Shown: positions 18,655 through 29,195 of the stretch, piece by piece
Layout: each line of letters begins with the position of its first letter
Numbering within the stretch: position 1 is the stretch's first letter
Assembly (NCBI GenBank): GCA_963752595.1
Contig: CAVVYZ010000015.1
Span: 1 to 64,000 of the forward strand
Source of the DNA: an uncultured delta proteobacterium
Lineage (GTDB): Bacteria > Desulfobacterota > Desulfomonilia > UBA1062
Direction: 5' to 3'
DNA length: 64,000 bases
Notes under the pieces: generated by a model
What the model was told of the DNA's origin: nothing
The model's database searches: none
What the model saw: only the letters and a program-made list of their open reading frames with translations
Made by a program: the position numbers and the translations under genes

Positions 18655-21600
18655 ATGAATACGTTCACTACCCCCCACTGGCAGACCCTTGCAATCCTGG
18701 AGGCGGTTTCCGAGCCGGTGGGCATGGACCTTCTGGAAGGACTCTCGCCGCTGCATTCTAGGGAGCTTGCAGATCTGCTCGGTAGGGCTGTTTCCGAGTG
18801 CCTGATAAAGGAGGATGGGGACGGAAAATTCCTTCTTGCTGAGGATCTTCCGCCCCGGATACTCAAGCGCATTTCGAGGATCAATACGAAAAAGCACGTG
18901 GCTTCAATGGTAGGTCAGATGAACAGGCTCAATGTGCAGGAGAAATTCGGGATGCCTGCACGGGTCAGCCTGCTGTTCAGGGCAGGGCTCGATTACGAGG
19001 CAGCCCTCCTGTCTGAGGAGGCTGCCCGCAGATGTGCCATGGCAGGGGAAAAACATGCTGCGATCGATCTCCTGAGTGAGGCGCTTCCTGTCATCACCGG
19101 TCATACCGGGGGTCTTGAATGGGATACCTTGTTGATCTCCGTAGTCAATGAGCTGTGCCGTCTCAAGATCAATGTGGCAGACAACCTGGCTGAGATCCCA
19201 TCACTGCTCCACCTGGAGCGGCCCGTTGCCGAGCGTATCGGCGACATGCGGACCCTTGCCCGGATCGATCTTGTAGCCGGTCTCCACCGGTATGTCATTG
19301 GGGACACCGATGGCGGTCTCCGGCTCGTATCCTCAGGATTGCGCCAGGCAGAAGATCTGGGGGATGAAGACATCATGGCCATCTCCGCAGAATTCCGCGG
19401 AATATACTACTATCTGAAAGGACTGTACAAAGAGGCAGTCGATGCGTTCGACCTCGTGGTGCGGACCAACAGCATGCAGACCGGGAAGATCGTCCCGACC
19501 TTCCTCCCCGATCACCTCGCATCATCGTCGGCCCTGGGGTATATCAGCGCGCTTCTCGGCCAGTATCACCGGGCCATCGGTGTGCTGGATTCCCATTGGC
19601 GAAGGTCGCGGTTGAATAAGAATGACCGGAATGCCTGTTTTTATGAGGCCCTGCTCGGCATCGTGCTGATAATCATGGGCAGGAAGAGTGAGGCGTTCTT
19701 ACACCTCAAGGCTGCCCAGAAAGAGGCCCTCGAGATCGACAACCCACAGGCGCTCCATGTAGCCAAGAAGGGGCTTGCCTACCACGCCTTTTTCGAAGGC
19801 AGGATCGAGGATGCCTTCTGGATCACCATGAACACGGCGTATACCGAATCCATCGGGCCGCAGTACAACTGGCCTGTGCATCTGGATATGCTCTATACCT
19901 TTGAGAAGCATGATCTTCTGGCCGCCATCCCGTCTCTTGCATTCGAACAGGAAATGGAAAGGGTGCTGAAAGGTCCCAACCATCATCTGCGGGGTGTGGC
20001 GCTACGGATTCGCGCACTTCAGGCACAGGAAAGAGGGGAGAGTTCCGACGCGGTTTTCTCCCTGCTCAAGGAGAGCGAAGAAGAGCTGCTGCGAACCGGC
20101 GACCCGGTCGAGCTGGCCAAAGCAAGGGCTGAGATGGCCCGCGTGAAGCTCAACGGGAAAGACCGGCCCAGCGCCCGCAATTTTGCCCTCATGGCATGGG
20201 AGGGCTTAAGCGGCTACGGCCAGGATTTTTTCCCGGACGATCTGGTGCCTTTGCTGAGGATCGGCGTGCCTTACCGCCCCGGACCCAGAAAACAGGACCT
20301 GCTTGACCGGTTCATGGACCTCATGGACGGGTTCGTCCCCAGTGCGGACCGTGACGAACTTCTCACCCGCCTCGTTGCCACCGCGAGCCGCTTCTTCGGA
20401 GCCGAGCGCGGGGCCCTCTTCTGGTTCTCCGGAGGCAGAGAGTCATCGCGGCCGGCCTTACGGGCATCCTATAACCTGGACAGAACCGATGTCTTCGCCG
20501 AGCCGTTCCGTGAATCGATGACCTTCATATTCAAGGCATACCGCAACGGTGAACCACTTATCCAGAAAAGGTCTTCTTCCGGAACCAAGGATGGAGACAC
20601 CCCAAAGGCACTCTCCGTTTTCTGCCTGCCCATTCTCATGAGGGGGGAGGCGAAAGGAGTACTTTACCTCGACAATTCCTATATCGAAGATGATAGCGAG
20701 GAGATCGACCGTGACATTGTGTTGCGCGTTTCCCGGCATCTCAGTACCTCCATCGAACGGATTTTCCATTATTCGGAGAAGATCGAGGCGGACAGGTCCA
20801 GGGCAGCAACAGCCCAGAGCATCGGCGACGGCGAGGGGGCACGGGACAGGATAGTCAGCAGCAGCCCGGTCATGGAATCCCTCCTTGCCCTCTCGGATCA
20901 GGTTGCCGTATCCGATGCAACCGTGCTCATCACCGGCGAGACAGGTGTCGGCAAAGAGCTCCTTGCCAGGAGAATTCACGAGACGAGCAGGAGGAAGGAC
21001 GGCCCGTTTGCGGTGGTCAACCTTGCCGGCACGCCTGAGACCCTCGTGGAAAGCGAGCTGTTCGGTCATGAAAGGGGCGCCTTCACCGGCGCCGACCGCC
21101 AGAAGCCGGGACGGGTTGAGCTCGCACATACGGGAACGCTCTTCATCGACGAGATCGGGGATGTGCCGGGCAGCGCACAGGTGAAGCTCCTCAGGGTGCT
21201 GCAGGAAAAGAATTTCGAGCGTGTGGGCGGCATCCGGACCATCCTCTCCGACTTCAGGCTCGTCGCCGCAACGAACCGTGATCTGGCCCGGGAAGTTGCC
21301 TCAGGCAAGTTCCGGCAGGATCTCTACTTCAGGCTCAATGTGGTGCCGCTCCAGCTTCCGCCCCTGCGTGACCGGGGCGAGGATGTGATCGAGCTCGCCA
21401 TCGAGTTCCTCAAACATTATTCAAGGAAATACCACCGCGTCCTTCCTGCCCTGACCGAAGAGGACACCAAGGCGCTCATGGCATATCAGTGGCCCGGGAA
21501 CGTCCGCGAGCTGAAAAACATAATGGAAAGGGCAGCAATTCTCTCCTCCCAGGACCGGCTCCAGCTCAACCTGCCGACGGCTTCAGGAAGCCTCCCGGAC

Positions 21601-21777
21601 CCGGGGTCCGCTTTTTCCGATATGCCGGCCATGGACGAGTTGCAGCGACGCTACATAAAACACGTGCTGGAGCTCACCGGCGGCAGAGTAGGAGGCCCGG
21701 GCGGTGCAGCCGAGGTGCTCGGCATGAAGCGAACCACCCTGCAGGCACGCATGAGGAAGCTCGGGATCGGATTTTGA
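18655..21777 (+). CDS. sigma-54 enhancer-binding protein with long helical (TPR-like) N-terminus and GAF domain
   Basis: GETGVGKE, ESELFGHERGAFTGA, LFIDEIG, WPGNVREL, Fis-type HTH; start at MNTF chosen because the longer ORF overlaps the enhancer. Confidence 0.9.
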   Translation: MNTFTTPHWQTLAILEAVSEPVGMDLLEGLSPLHSRELADLLGRAVSECLIKEDGDGKFLLAEDLPPRILKRISRINTKKHVASMVGQMNRLNVQEKFGMPARVSLLFRAGLDYEAALLSEEAARRCAMAGEKHAAIDLLSEALPVITGHTGGLEWDTLLISVVNELCRLKINVADNLAEIPSLLHLERPVAERIGDMRTLARIDLVAGLHRYVIGDTDGGLRLVSSGLRQAEDLGDEDIMAISAEFRGIYYYLKGLYKEAVDAFDLVVRTNSMQTGKIVPTFLPDHLASSSALGYISALLGQYHRAIGVLDSHWRRSRLNKNDRNACFYEALLGIVLIIMGRKSEAFLHLKAAQKEALEIDNPQALHVAKKGLAYHAFFEGRIEDAFWITMNTAYTESIGPQYNWPVHLDMLYTFEKHDLLAAIPSLAFEQEMERVLKGPNHHLRGVALRIRALQAQERGESSDAVFSLLKESEEELLRTGDPVELAKARAEMARVKLNGKDRPSARNFALMAWEGLSGYGQDFFPDDLVPLLRIGVPYRPGPRKQDLLDRFMDLMDGFVPSADRDELLTRLVATASRFFGAERGALFWFSGGRESSRPALRASYNLDRTDVFAEPFRESMTFIFKAYRNGEPLIQKRSSSGTKDGDTPKALSVFCLPILMRGEAKGVLYLDNSYIEDDSEEIDRDIVLRVSRHLSTSIERIFHYSEKIEADRSRAATAQSIGDGEGARDRIVSSSPVMESLLALSDQVAVSDATVLITGETGVGKELLARRIHETSRRKDGPFAVVNLAGTPETLVESELFGHERGAFTGADRQKPGRVELAHTGTLFIDEIGDVPGSAQVKLLRVLQEKNFERVGGIRTILSDFRLVAATNRDLAREVASGKFRQDLYFRLNVVPLQLPPLRDRGEDVIELAIEFLKHYSRKYHRVLPALTEEDTKALMAYQWPGNVRELKNIMERAAILSSQDRLQLNLPTASGSLPDPGSAFSDMPAMDELQRRYIKHVLELTGGRVGGPGGAAEVLGMKRTTLQARMRKLGIGF

Positions 21778-21802
21778 AAGGGGTGGTTTTCTCCCTCCCG
21801 GA

Positions 21803-23026
21803 TCAATCGGCTTCCGCAAGGGCGGGAGCTGCACTGTCGGGTGCAGCGGAGCCGGCCGGGACATTGACCTGCAAGGCTGCTAACAAATTCCCAAAAGCGA
21901 TGAGCGTGCCCAGCAGGAATACATACTGGAATCCGAAGCTGTTCCATATCAGGCCGCCCAACAGGGCAACCATAATGGAGAAGATGTGGTCGATGCTCAC
22001 CGACATGGTCAGGGCCGGTTGAACATGGGACGGCTCCAGGGCGATCTTCTTCATGTAGGTGGCACGGGCCATGTTCACCGACATCAGCATCTGGTCAGTG
22101 AGGAAGCATCCGCAGGCGATGAGAAAAGCGGTGTGCTCGGTGAACAGGAACCGTGCAAACCCGTATCCTGAGCAGACAAAAATCAGGAGCACCGATTCGG
22201 AGGCGAGCACGAAACGCTCTCCCAGGCGGTCGGTTGCCCATCCCAGCATCGGCTGGAACAGGATGCCGATAACCCCGCCAAGAGTCAGAAGCGTGGCAAT
22301 GGTCTGGGTCGGCTGATGAAACACGGTCACCAGTGCCCACGGGGCAAAGGTGAGAAAAAGCTGCTTCCGCGATCCATAGAGAACCGAAAGGATGTAGTAG
22401 AGCCGATATTCTTTGTACAGCTTCAGGTGAAGCGCTGCAGGCTGCGTCTGCTCCTTCTCCATGGAAAACAGGAGGACGGCGGCGATCACGAAGCCGATGG
22501 CTGCCAGGGCAAACGTATGGTGAAACGAGAAACTTAGATACTTGAACCCGAAAAAGACCAGGAAACTTCCCAGGATGGCGGCCAGATTTCGGACGGCATT
22601 CAGCTGGCCCAGGCGCCGGCCCGCTTTCCCTTCTTCGGCAAGCTCCATCCCGATGGCGGATGAGAGAGGAAGAAAGATGTGCTGGCCCAGGCTGTAGATA
22701 AAGAGCCAGAGCACCATGAATGCATACGTGGGTGAAGCAAAACCCATGAGTGCAGTTCCCGCGACGCCCAGCACCATGGCAACCGCCGCAAGACGCCTGC
22801 TGCAGAGAAACCAGAGCAGTGCCGACACCAGGATCACCAGCAGCCCCGGCAGCTCGCGGGGAAATTCGAGGAAAGACCTCTCGAAACCACCCAGGGCGAA
22901 ACGCTCATTGAGAAAGTTGTTAAACGTCGAATCGATAATGCTGTAGGCCATGCCCATGGCTAATGCAGCCGCGATGAACAGCTTCAGCTCCCGGGATTTG
23001 TGCATCGTCAGACCGTTCATGAACAT
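21803..23026 (-). CDS. MFS transporter
   Basis: about 12 TM helices; GWATDRLGER motif-A. Confidence 0.8.
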   Translation of the reverse strand: MFMNGLTMHKSRELKLFIAAALAMGMAYSIIDSTFNNFLNERFALGGFERSFLEFPRELPGLLVILVSALLWFLCSRRLAAVAMVLGVAGTALMGFASPTYAFMVLWLFIYSLGQHIFLPLSSAIGMELAEEGKAGRRLGQLNAVRNLAAILGSFLVFFGFKYLSFSFHHTFALAAIGFVIAAVLLFSMEKEQTQPAALHLKLYKEYRLYYILSVLYGSRKQLFLTFAPWALVTVFHQPTQTIATLLTLGGVIGILFQPMLGWATDRLGERFVLASESVLLIFVCSGYGFARFLFTEHTAFLIACGCFLTDQMLMSVNMARATYMKKIALEPSHVQPALTMSVSIDHIFSIMVALLGGLIWNSFGFQYVFLLGTLIAFGNLLAALQVNVPAGSAAPDSAAPALAEAD

Positions 23027-23219
23027 ATTGGCCTTGTATTACCAATTCGGGACTCCGGTATCAATGAAAACTGTGACGAATAATTGCATCTGCCCCTCTT
23101 GCCTTGTAACGCCTCCATGAATCCGGTAAGATCTCGGCAGCATCATGCTGCAGGTTATTCAGAACTGCCGTCATGGATAACCGGTGATGATTTTTTTACC
23201 ATTAAGTGAAAGGTAGTGG

Positions 23220-24089
23220 ATGAAGGCTTTTTTACGGAAGTTCAATGACCTGCCCATATTCGATCCGGGCCTGTGGCCTCGAAGGGAGCTCACGGCAAGG
23301 CTTGCCGGTATATCGATATGCACGGCATTCGTCATTCATCGTGTTTTCAGGTTCGGCAGATACACGGGAGCGGCTCCTCCCTTCCTGGAACATATGGCAG
23401 GAGCCATCAGGGGAGAACAGTCCCTGTCAGGCATTCACCTGGGACCCGGCGACCGGCACTGGATCATGTGGTTCTTGGTATGGGTCATCGAGACAGGCAT
23501 TTTTACGGGCTATATCCTTGCTTTCATGTCCCGGAGGGAGGCAAAGAGCGTTGCTAAAGGATTCATGGAGGTTGTGTTCCCTGTCGTGATAGCCGCTCTC
23601 CCCATTGTCATAACGGTTACCCCGATGAATTTCAGAGATGTATGGCCGCCGTTTCTCCAATATATGGCAGGTTATCTCTCCTCTGCGGGATTCAAAGACA
23701 CGGGAGCTTTCTCGGCCGTTTCGGGCTGGGAGCCTGCATTCTTCGTTTTCCTTGCAATCATCCTCTTTGGCGGGATGATAAATCTCGTCGGGCTCTTCAC
23801 CCTGCGCAGGGCTTTTACGATCATGAGCGAGGCCCGCATGCTCATCAGACGGGGGATCTTTTCTGTCATACGGCATCCACTCTATGCAGGGCATTTCGTC
23901 ATGTTCTTCGGGTATCTCCTGTTCCACCTGTACTGGTATACCTGCATCCTTTATGTCGTTTTTCTCGCAGGGCAGTATCTGCGGGCCCGGATAGAGGAAG
24001 CCAAGCTCCTGAGCGTATTCCCGGAATATGCCGGTTACATGGAGTCTGCCGGAATGTTCTTCCCGAGGCTGCGCGGGAAGAGAAAATGA
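23220..24089 (+). CDS. isoprenylcysteine carboxyl methyltransferase / PEMT family membrane protein
   Basis: LIRRGIFSVIRHPLYAG, RARIEEAKL..FPEY..Y..F..PR. Confidence 0.78.
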   Translation: MKAFLRKFNDLPIFDPGLWPRRELTARLAGISICTAFVIHRVFRFGRYTGAAPPFLEHMAGAIRGEQSLSGIHLGPGDRHWIMWFLVWVIETGIFTGYILAFMSRREAKSVAKGFMEVVFPVVIAALPIVITVTPMNFRDVWPPFLQYMAGYLSSAGFKDTGAFSAVSGWEPAFFVFLAIILFGGMINLVGLFTLRRAFTIMSEARMLIRRGIFSVIRHPLYAGHFVMFFGYLLFHLYWYTCILYVVFLAGQYLRARIEEAKLLSVFPEYAGYMESAGMFFPRLRGKRK

Positions 24090-24295
24090 TAAGGCTGTCC
24101 CGCTCACCCTTCTTTTTCATGTGACATGGAATGGTCTCCACGAAAATGAAAAATGGCATGGGGCAGGGATGTGAAACCCTTCTCGATGAGGATGATAGTT
24201 CATAGGAACGGCACACAAGGAAAGGGCCCATGCCTTTCATGATCCGAATGGCATGTGCCCTGTATATATTCAAAATAAAAGGATTCGGGTCGGGG

Positions 24296-25768
24296 CTACT
24301 TCTTCCTTTCGACAGCGATGAAGTGAGAGCCCTGCGGATCTTTGACCAGGAAGAGGATCGGTCTGTCTCCCGGCTTTTCCATGGCCTGCTGGAAATCTTT
24401 GAGGCTGCTGATTTCTTTCCTGTCCACTTCCACGATGAGCATTCCCGGTTTTATGCCTGAGCGGGAGGCTTCCGATTCAGGTTTGACCTGGGTGATCACG
24501 ACGCCTTTCTCATCCTTGTAGCCGTATCTGCCGGCCAGTTCTTTCGTAAGAGGCACAACGGTCAGCCCAAGCTTTTCGGCTTTCTCGGGACGGGAGACAT
24601 CCTGTACTGTCTCAGGGGACATCTTTTCGGTCTTCACGCTTAACTTTTTCTCTTTGCCGTCACGCAGGACAACCAGGTCGAGTTTGGTGCCGGGTGCGGT
24701 CAGGGCCACCTTGTTGCGGAAAGGAGCGACCGTGTCCAGGGATTCGCCATTCAGCTTGATGATCACGTCTCCCTGCTTCAGTCCGGCCTTCTCTCCGGGG
24801 GTGTTCGGCATGACCTGGGCAACGAGCGCTCCCTTGGTATCGGGCAGCTTGAACGACTTGGCCAGCTCGGGCGTAAGGTCCTGGATCTTGATGCCGATGT
24901 ATCCGCGGGAAACATTCCCGTGATCGATGAGCTGCGTATAAATGCTCTTAGCCATCGTAACGGGGATGGCAAATCCGATGCCCATATAGCCGCCGTTCTG
25001 GCTGAAAATGGCCGTATTGATACCCACGACCCGGCCTTCGAGGTCGATCAGGGGCCCTCCCGAGTTCCCGGGATTGATGGCCGCATCCGTCTGGATGAAA
25101 TCTTCATAGTCCGTTATGCCGACATGGTTGCGGCCCTTGGCACTTACGATCCCTGCGGTGAGCGTATGGGACAATCCGAAGGGGTTGCCCAGGGCCAGCA
25201 CCCATTCACCCACATCGAGCTTGTCCGAGTCTCCGAGGGGAAGGACAGGCAGGTCCTTCGCATCGATCTTGATGACCGCCACATCCGTCGGGGGGTCTGT
25301 GCCGATGGTCTTTGCCGTGAACTCACGGCCGTCGAGAAGCTTTACCAGTACCTTGTCCGCCTCGCCCACGACATGGTTGTTGGTGAGGATATACCCGTCG
25401 GAAGAAATGATGAATCCCGAGCCCTGGCCCTGTACCATACGTTTCTGCCGGTCCGGGTTCTGCAGCTGCGGGCCGGGCATGGGCTCGCCGAAGAAGCGTT
25501 TGAAGAAATCATCATTGAAGGGAAGTTGCATCGGAACTTTCTGCGCAATGCTTTTTTCCACCTTGATGAAAACGACGGCAGGAGATGCTCCTTTTGCGAC
25601 TGATGCAAACGCCTTCCCTGTTTGTTTCAGATTTTCGAGTACCTGGTCCTGAGCCAGTGCTGCGCTGTGAGTTCCCATGAGGATCAGGCTTATAAAAAGC
25701 CAGGCAACTGCAAGTACCTGCAGGAAACTGAGATGATGATCCCTACCAGTGCGGGTAATCCTTTCCAT
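24296..25768 (-). CDS. degP: HtrA/DegP-DegQ serine protease with two PDZ domains
   Basis: GSGFII..ILTNNHVV, DVAVIK, IQTDAAINPGNSGGPL; GGAGG SD before MERIT. Confidence 0.92.
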   Translation of the reverse strand: MERITRTGRDHHLSFLQVLAVAWLFISLILMGTHSAALAQDQVLENLKQTGKAFASVAKGASPAVVFIKVEKSIAQKVPMQLPFNDDFFKRFFGEPMPGPQLQNPDRQKRMVQGQGSGFIISSDGYILTNNHVVGEADKVLVKLLDGREFTAKTIGTDPPTDVAVIKIDAKDLPVLPLGDSDKLDVGEWVLALGNPFGLSHTLTAGIVSAKGRNHVGITDYEDFIQTDAAINPGNSGGPLIDLEGRVVGINTAIFSQNGGYMGIGFAIPVTMAKSIYTQLIDHGNVSRGYIGIKIQDLTPELAKSFKLPDTKGALVAQVMPNTPGEKAGLKQGDVIIKLNGESLDTVAPFRNKVALTAPGTKLDLVVLRDGKEKKLSVKTEKMSPETVQDVSRPEKAEKLGLTVVPLTKELAGRYGYKDEKGVVITQVKPESEASRSGIKPGMLIVEVDRKEISSLKDFQQAMEKPGDRPILFLVKDPQGSHFIAVERKK

Positions 25769-25828
25769 TCTTTTACCTCCGGGTGGATGTGATTTTTTAC
25801 TGTTCTGATATGACATGTGATTCTATTA

Positions 25829-25844
25829 GGCAATTCCGGTGCCA
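25829..25844 (-). promoter_or_regulatory. sigma-54 promoter of degP
   Basis: TGGCAC-CGGAA-TTGCC. Confidence 0.8.
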
Positions 25845-26072
25845 GTTCATAACCTAATGATAAAACAGGTTATATGAATAAATCTTATGGCAGTTCTGTA
25901 TACATATGGATAGATAGTATACACAGGTGAATAATTAATTTACACCTGGATCCCGGCCGGGATTGAATCGGGCAAGGACGGCGTTCTTCTATCCGATCTG
26001 TTTTTTGCAGAGGGACCTTCCTTCAGATGATATCCCTTAAGCTTGGCTTAAGGGGTTACCCCTTCTTCCTCA

Positions 26073-27131
26073 TTAGATCCCGGCTATTTTATACTCTTCC
26101 TGCAGGCTTGTTTCACTGGTTGCTCTGCATCTACCCTGGGTCTTGGAAAGATACAGGGCGTCATCCGCCCTCTGGATGAATGCATCGAGGGATTCACCCT
26201 GACGGTACTGGGAAACGCCCAGAGATACGAACACCTGCCCGATGAGTTCTCCTGTGTCCTTGCGTTTCCAGTTCATCTGCTTGAAATAAATGCAGATCTT
26301 TTCTGCAAGGATGAGAGCGCCCTCCAGAGGGGTATCGGGAAGGATGATCACGAATTCCTCGCCCCCATAACGGATTACCGTATCTCTTCCTTTGATACAT
26401 TCCTTGATCATGCCGGCAGTGGTCTTGAGCACGCGGTCTCCCATGATATGGCCGAAGGAGTCGTTTATCTTCTTGAAATGATCGATGTCGAGCATGATGG
26501 CCGAGAGCTTGTTGCCTGTAGCTATCGCATTTTTTGATTCCTGATCGAATATATTGGAAAGGTAGCGCCTGTTTTTCAAGCCCGTGAGCATATCGGTCCA
26601 CGCCTCTTCCCTGACCTTATCCAGATCTTTGCGCAACCCTTCGATCTCCCGGGTCGAAGAAACGATCCTTTCCTTGAGCAGCATGCCCGACCGCTTGATC
26701 GCCTGAGTTTCGGACAGGATGTCCTCGACGATGCCTCTTACGCTGTCGGCATCGAGCTCGTCTTTGAGCCTCTGGGAGTAGATGTGGATCATGGTCCCGA
26801 AACGGGTCAACTGGCCGCCGGCATCGATCACGTGATTCAGGATTGTTTCCAGGACCTTCCTCAACTCTTCCCGGATCTTTTTGATGATGATTTTATGCTC
26901 GCTCGCAACGTACCTCTCATAGAGGGTTTTATTGAGCTCCGGGGTGATAATTTTTGATTTTTCCAGAACATTATCGATCACGAGCTTGAGCTGCTCGTTC
27001 TTGCCGGACACATACTCGTACCAGACGGAGTAATTGGCGGGATCGACCGGTATCTGGTGCCGCCCCATGTGATCAAGCGCAAGCCGTAAGTATTCACCGG
27101 ACTGTTCGATGGTGTCTGAATACTGCATCAT
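26073..27131 (-). CDS. diguanylate cyclase (GGEEF)
   Basis: TDMLTGLKNRR, DIDHFKKINDSFGH..GD, RYGGEEF; I-site reads KxxD rather than RxxD. Confidence 0.92.
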   Translation of the reverse strand: MMQYSDTIEQSGEYLRLALDHMGRHQIPVDPANYSVWYEYVSGKNEQLKLVIDNVLEKSKIITPELNKTLYERYVASEHKIIIKKIREELRKVLETILNHVIDAGGQLTRFGTMIHIYSQRLKDELDADSVRGIVEDILSETQAIKRSGMLLKERIVSSTREIEGLRKDLDKVREEAWTDMLTGLKNRRYLSNIFDQESKNAIATGNKLSAIMLDIDHFKKINDSFGHIMGDRVLKTTAGMIKECIKGRDTVIRYGGEEFVIILPDTPLEGALILAEKICIYFKQMNWKRKDTGELIGQVFVSLGVSQYRQGESLDAFIQRADDALYLSKTQGRCRATSETSLQEEYKIAGI

Positions 27132-27381
27132 ACCTCCTCAATTTCAAGTGTTCTATGTGATTATTGGTCCCAACATCGACACCTCATATGCAAATCTTTA
27201 ATTTACTGTCGATAATTTATTTTCGAGTCAAAGACCGCGGCTTTTAGAATCTGTTGATTTTCATGAGACGAATAATATATGATTACCCTGAATAACCTCT
27301 TGAGCGTTGAAGAGACACGAAAACTTGTCTCATTGAACACTCTGTGGTAGAGATCAGATTGCAAGGAAAAGGAGGATACCA

Positions 27382-28130
27382 ATGTCCGGCCACAATAAAT
27401 GGAGCACCATCAAACACAAGAAGGGCGCCGCCGATGCAAAGAGAGGCCAGCTCTTCAGCAAGATCGTCAAGGAAATTACTGTTGCTGCCCGCATGGGAGG
27501 CGGAGACATAGAGGGAAATGCGCGCCTCAGATCGGCAGTGTTGACGGCAAGGACGCAAGCATGCCCAAAGAAAACATCGAGCGGGCCATCAAGAAGGGAA
27601 CCGGCGAACTCGAAGGATACAACCTTGAAGAGATAACCTACGAAGGATACGGGCCGGGCGGTGTTGCAATTCTCGTCAATGTGCTGACCGACAACAAAAA
27701 CCGGGCTGTGGCTGACATCCGGCATCTCTTTTCCAAATACAACGGGAACATGGGCGAAACAGGCTGCGTGAGCTGGATGTTCAATAAAAAGGGCTTTGCA
27801 TCCGTGGACAAAAGCATAGTGGATGAAGAAACCCTCTACGATATAGCCCTGGAAGCAGGGGCGGAGGACATCAGCGACCAGGGGGATGCGTTTGAGATCC
27901 TGATCGCGCCTGAAGAAATCGAAAAGCTCAGGAGTACCCTCGATGAGAAGAACATCAAATACAGTCAGCTCGAAGTGCAGATGGTTCCTCAGACAAACGT
28001 AACATTGACCGGCAAGCAGGCCCAGCAGGTATTGAAGCTTTTGGATCTTCTGGAAGAGCTCGACGACGTCCAGTCCATATCTTCGAATTTCGACATCTCC
28101 GACGAAGAAATGGCCCAGATGCAGGGATAA
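27382..28130 (+). CDS. yebC: YebC/PmpR family regulator, frameshifted near 27550
   Basis: [14 protein letters not shown] in one frame, [24 protein letters not shown] in another; one base missing. Confidence 0.9.
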
Positions 28131-28625
28131 TGATTATCTGCGGTATTGATCCCGGGACACGCATAACAGGCTATGGAATACTCGAGATTCGCGCTGCCTC
28201 GCAGGCATCTTTATGTCATGTGTCCCATGGAACAATTAAGCCCAAGTCGGAAACGCTGGCATTACGGCTCAAGGAGATTTTCCTCAGTGTGACGGAAGTG
28301 TTCCGCCAGTATAAACCTGCAGAAGTTGCCGTTGAAGCCACATTCCATGCCCTGAATTCCCAGTCGGCGCTGAAGCTCGGCCAGGCAAGAGGAGCGGTCA
28401 TCCTTGCAGCGAGCCTGCTGGACATACCGGTCTTCGAGTACACGCCGACCGAGGTGAAGAAGGCTACCTGCGGGTACGGCAGGCGCGGATAAGGACCAGA
28501 TCTCGGCGATGATCACGACCATCCTGCATCTTCCCAAAGGAATGCTCACCTCGCCCGATGCAAGCGATGCCCTGGCTATCGGGCTCTGCCACTCCTCGTC
28601 CCGGCGTCTGAAGGAGCTCATCTAA
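28130..28625 (+). CDS. ruvC: Holliday junction resolvase, frameshifted near 28484
   Basis: GIDPGTRITGYG, LGQARG, EYTPTEVKK..GYGR; continues in another frame ADKDQI...DASDALAIGLCH to TAA 28625. Confidence 0.9.
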
Positions 28626-29195
28626 GTGATCAGCATGCTCAAGGGCACAGCGGCCTTCATCAACGGCACCGATGTAACCGTCATGGTGTCCGGGGTAGGC
28701 TACCTCGTGCACGTGCCTGCCGGCACCGAGCAGGGGATCAAAGTCGGCGAAGAGATCATTTTCCACACGCACCTTATCGCCCGCGAAGACGCCATGGACC
28801 TCTACGGTTTCATCGACCTGAGGCAGAAGGAGATCTTCTCCCTCTTATTAAGCGTCTCGGGGGTGGGGCCCAAGACGGCCATGAATATCATTTCCGGGAT
28901 CGAGCCCGACCGTTTTCTTGAAGAAGTGGTCAGCGAGAATATAGGATATTTAAGCAGTCTGCCCGGCATCGGGAAAAAGAGCGCTCAGCGTATCGTCCTG
29001 GAGCTCAAGGAGCGGATTGCAAAGAAGTACAACCCAAAAGGAATCAAGAGAAGTGCAGACAGCACACAGGATGCGGTAGCAGCGCTCATGGCGCTCGGCT
29101 ATGCGGAATCACAGGCACGCAGGGCGGTGGGCTCTGTCAAGGCCGACAGGGTTGAAGACGTCATCCGCGGCGCTCTGAAGGAACTGATTAGATGA
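28626..29195 (+). CDS. ruvA: Holliday junction branch migration protein
   Basis: [45 protein letters not shown]. Confidence 0.93.
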   Translation: MISMLKGTAAFINGTDVTVMVSGVGYLVHVPAGTEQGIKVGEEIIFHTHLIAREDAMDLYGFIDLRQKEIFSLLLSVSGVGPKTAMNIISGIEPDRFLEEVVSENIGYLSSLPGIGKKSAQRIVLELKERIAKKYNPKGIKRSADSTQDAVAALMALGYAESQARRAVGSVKADRVEDVIRGALKELIR

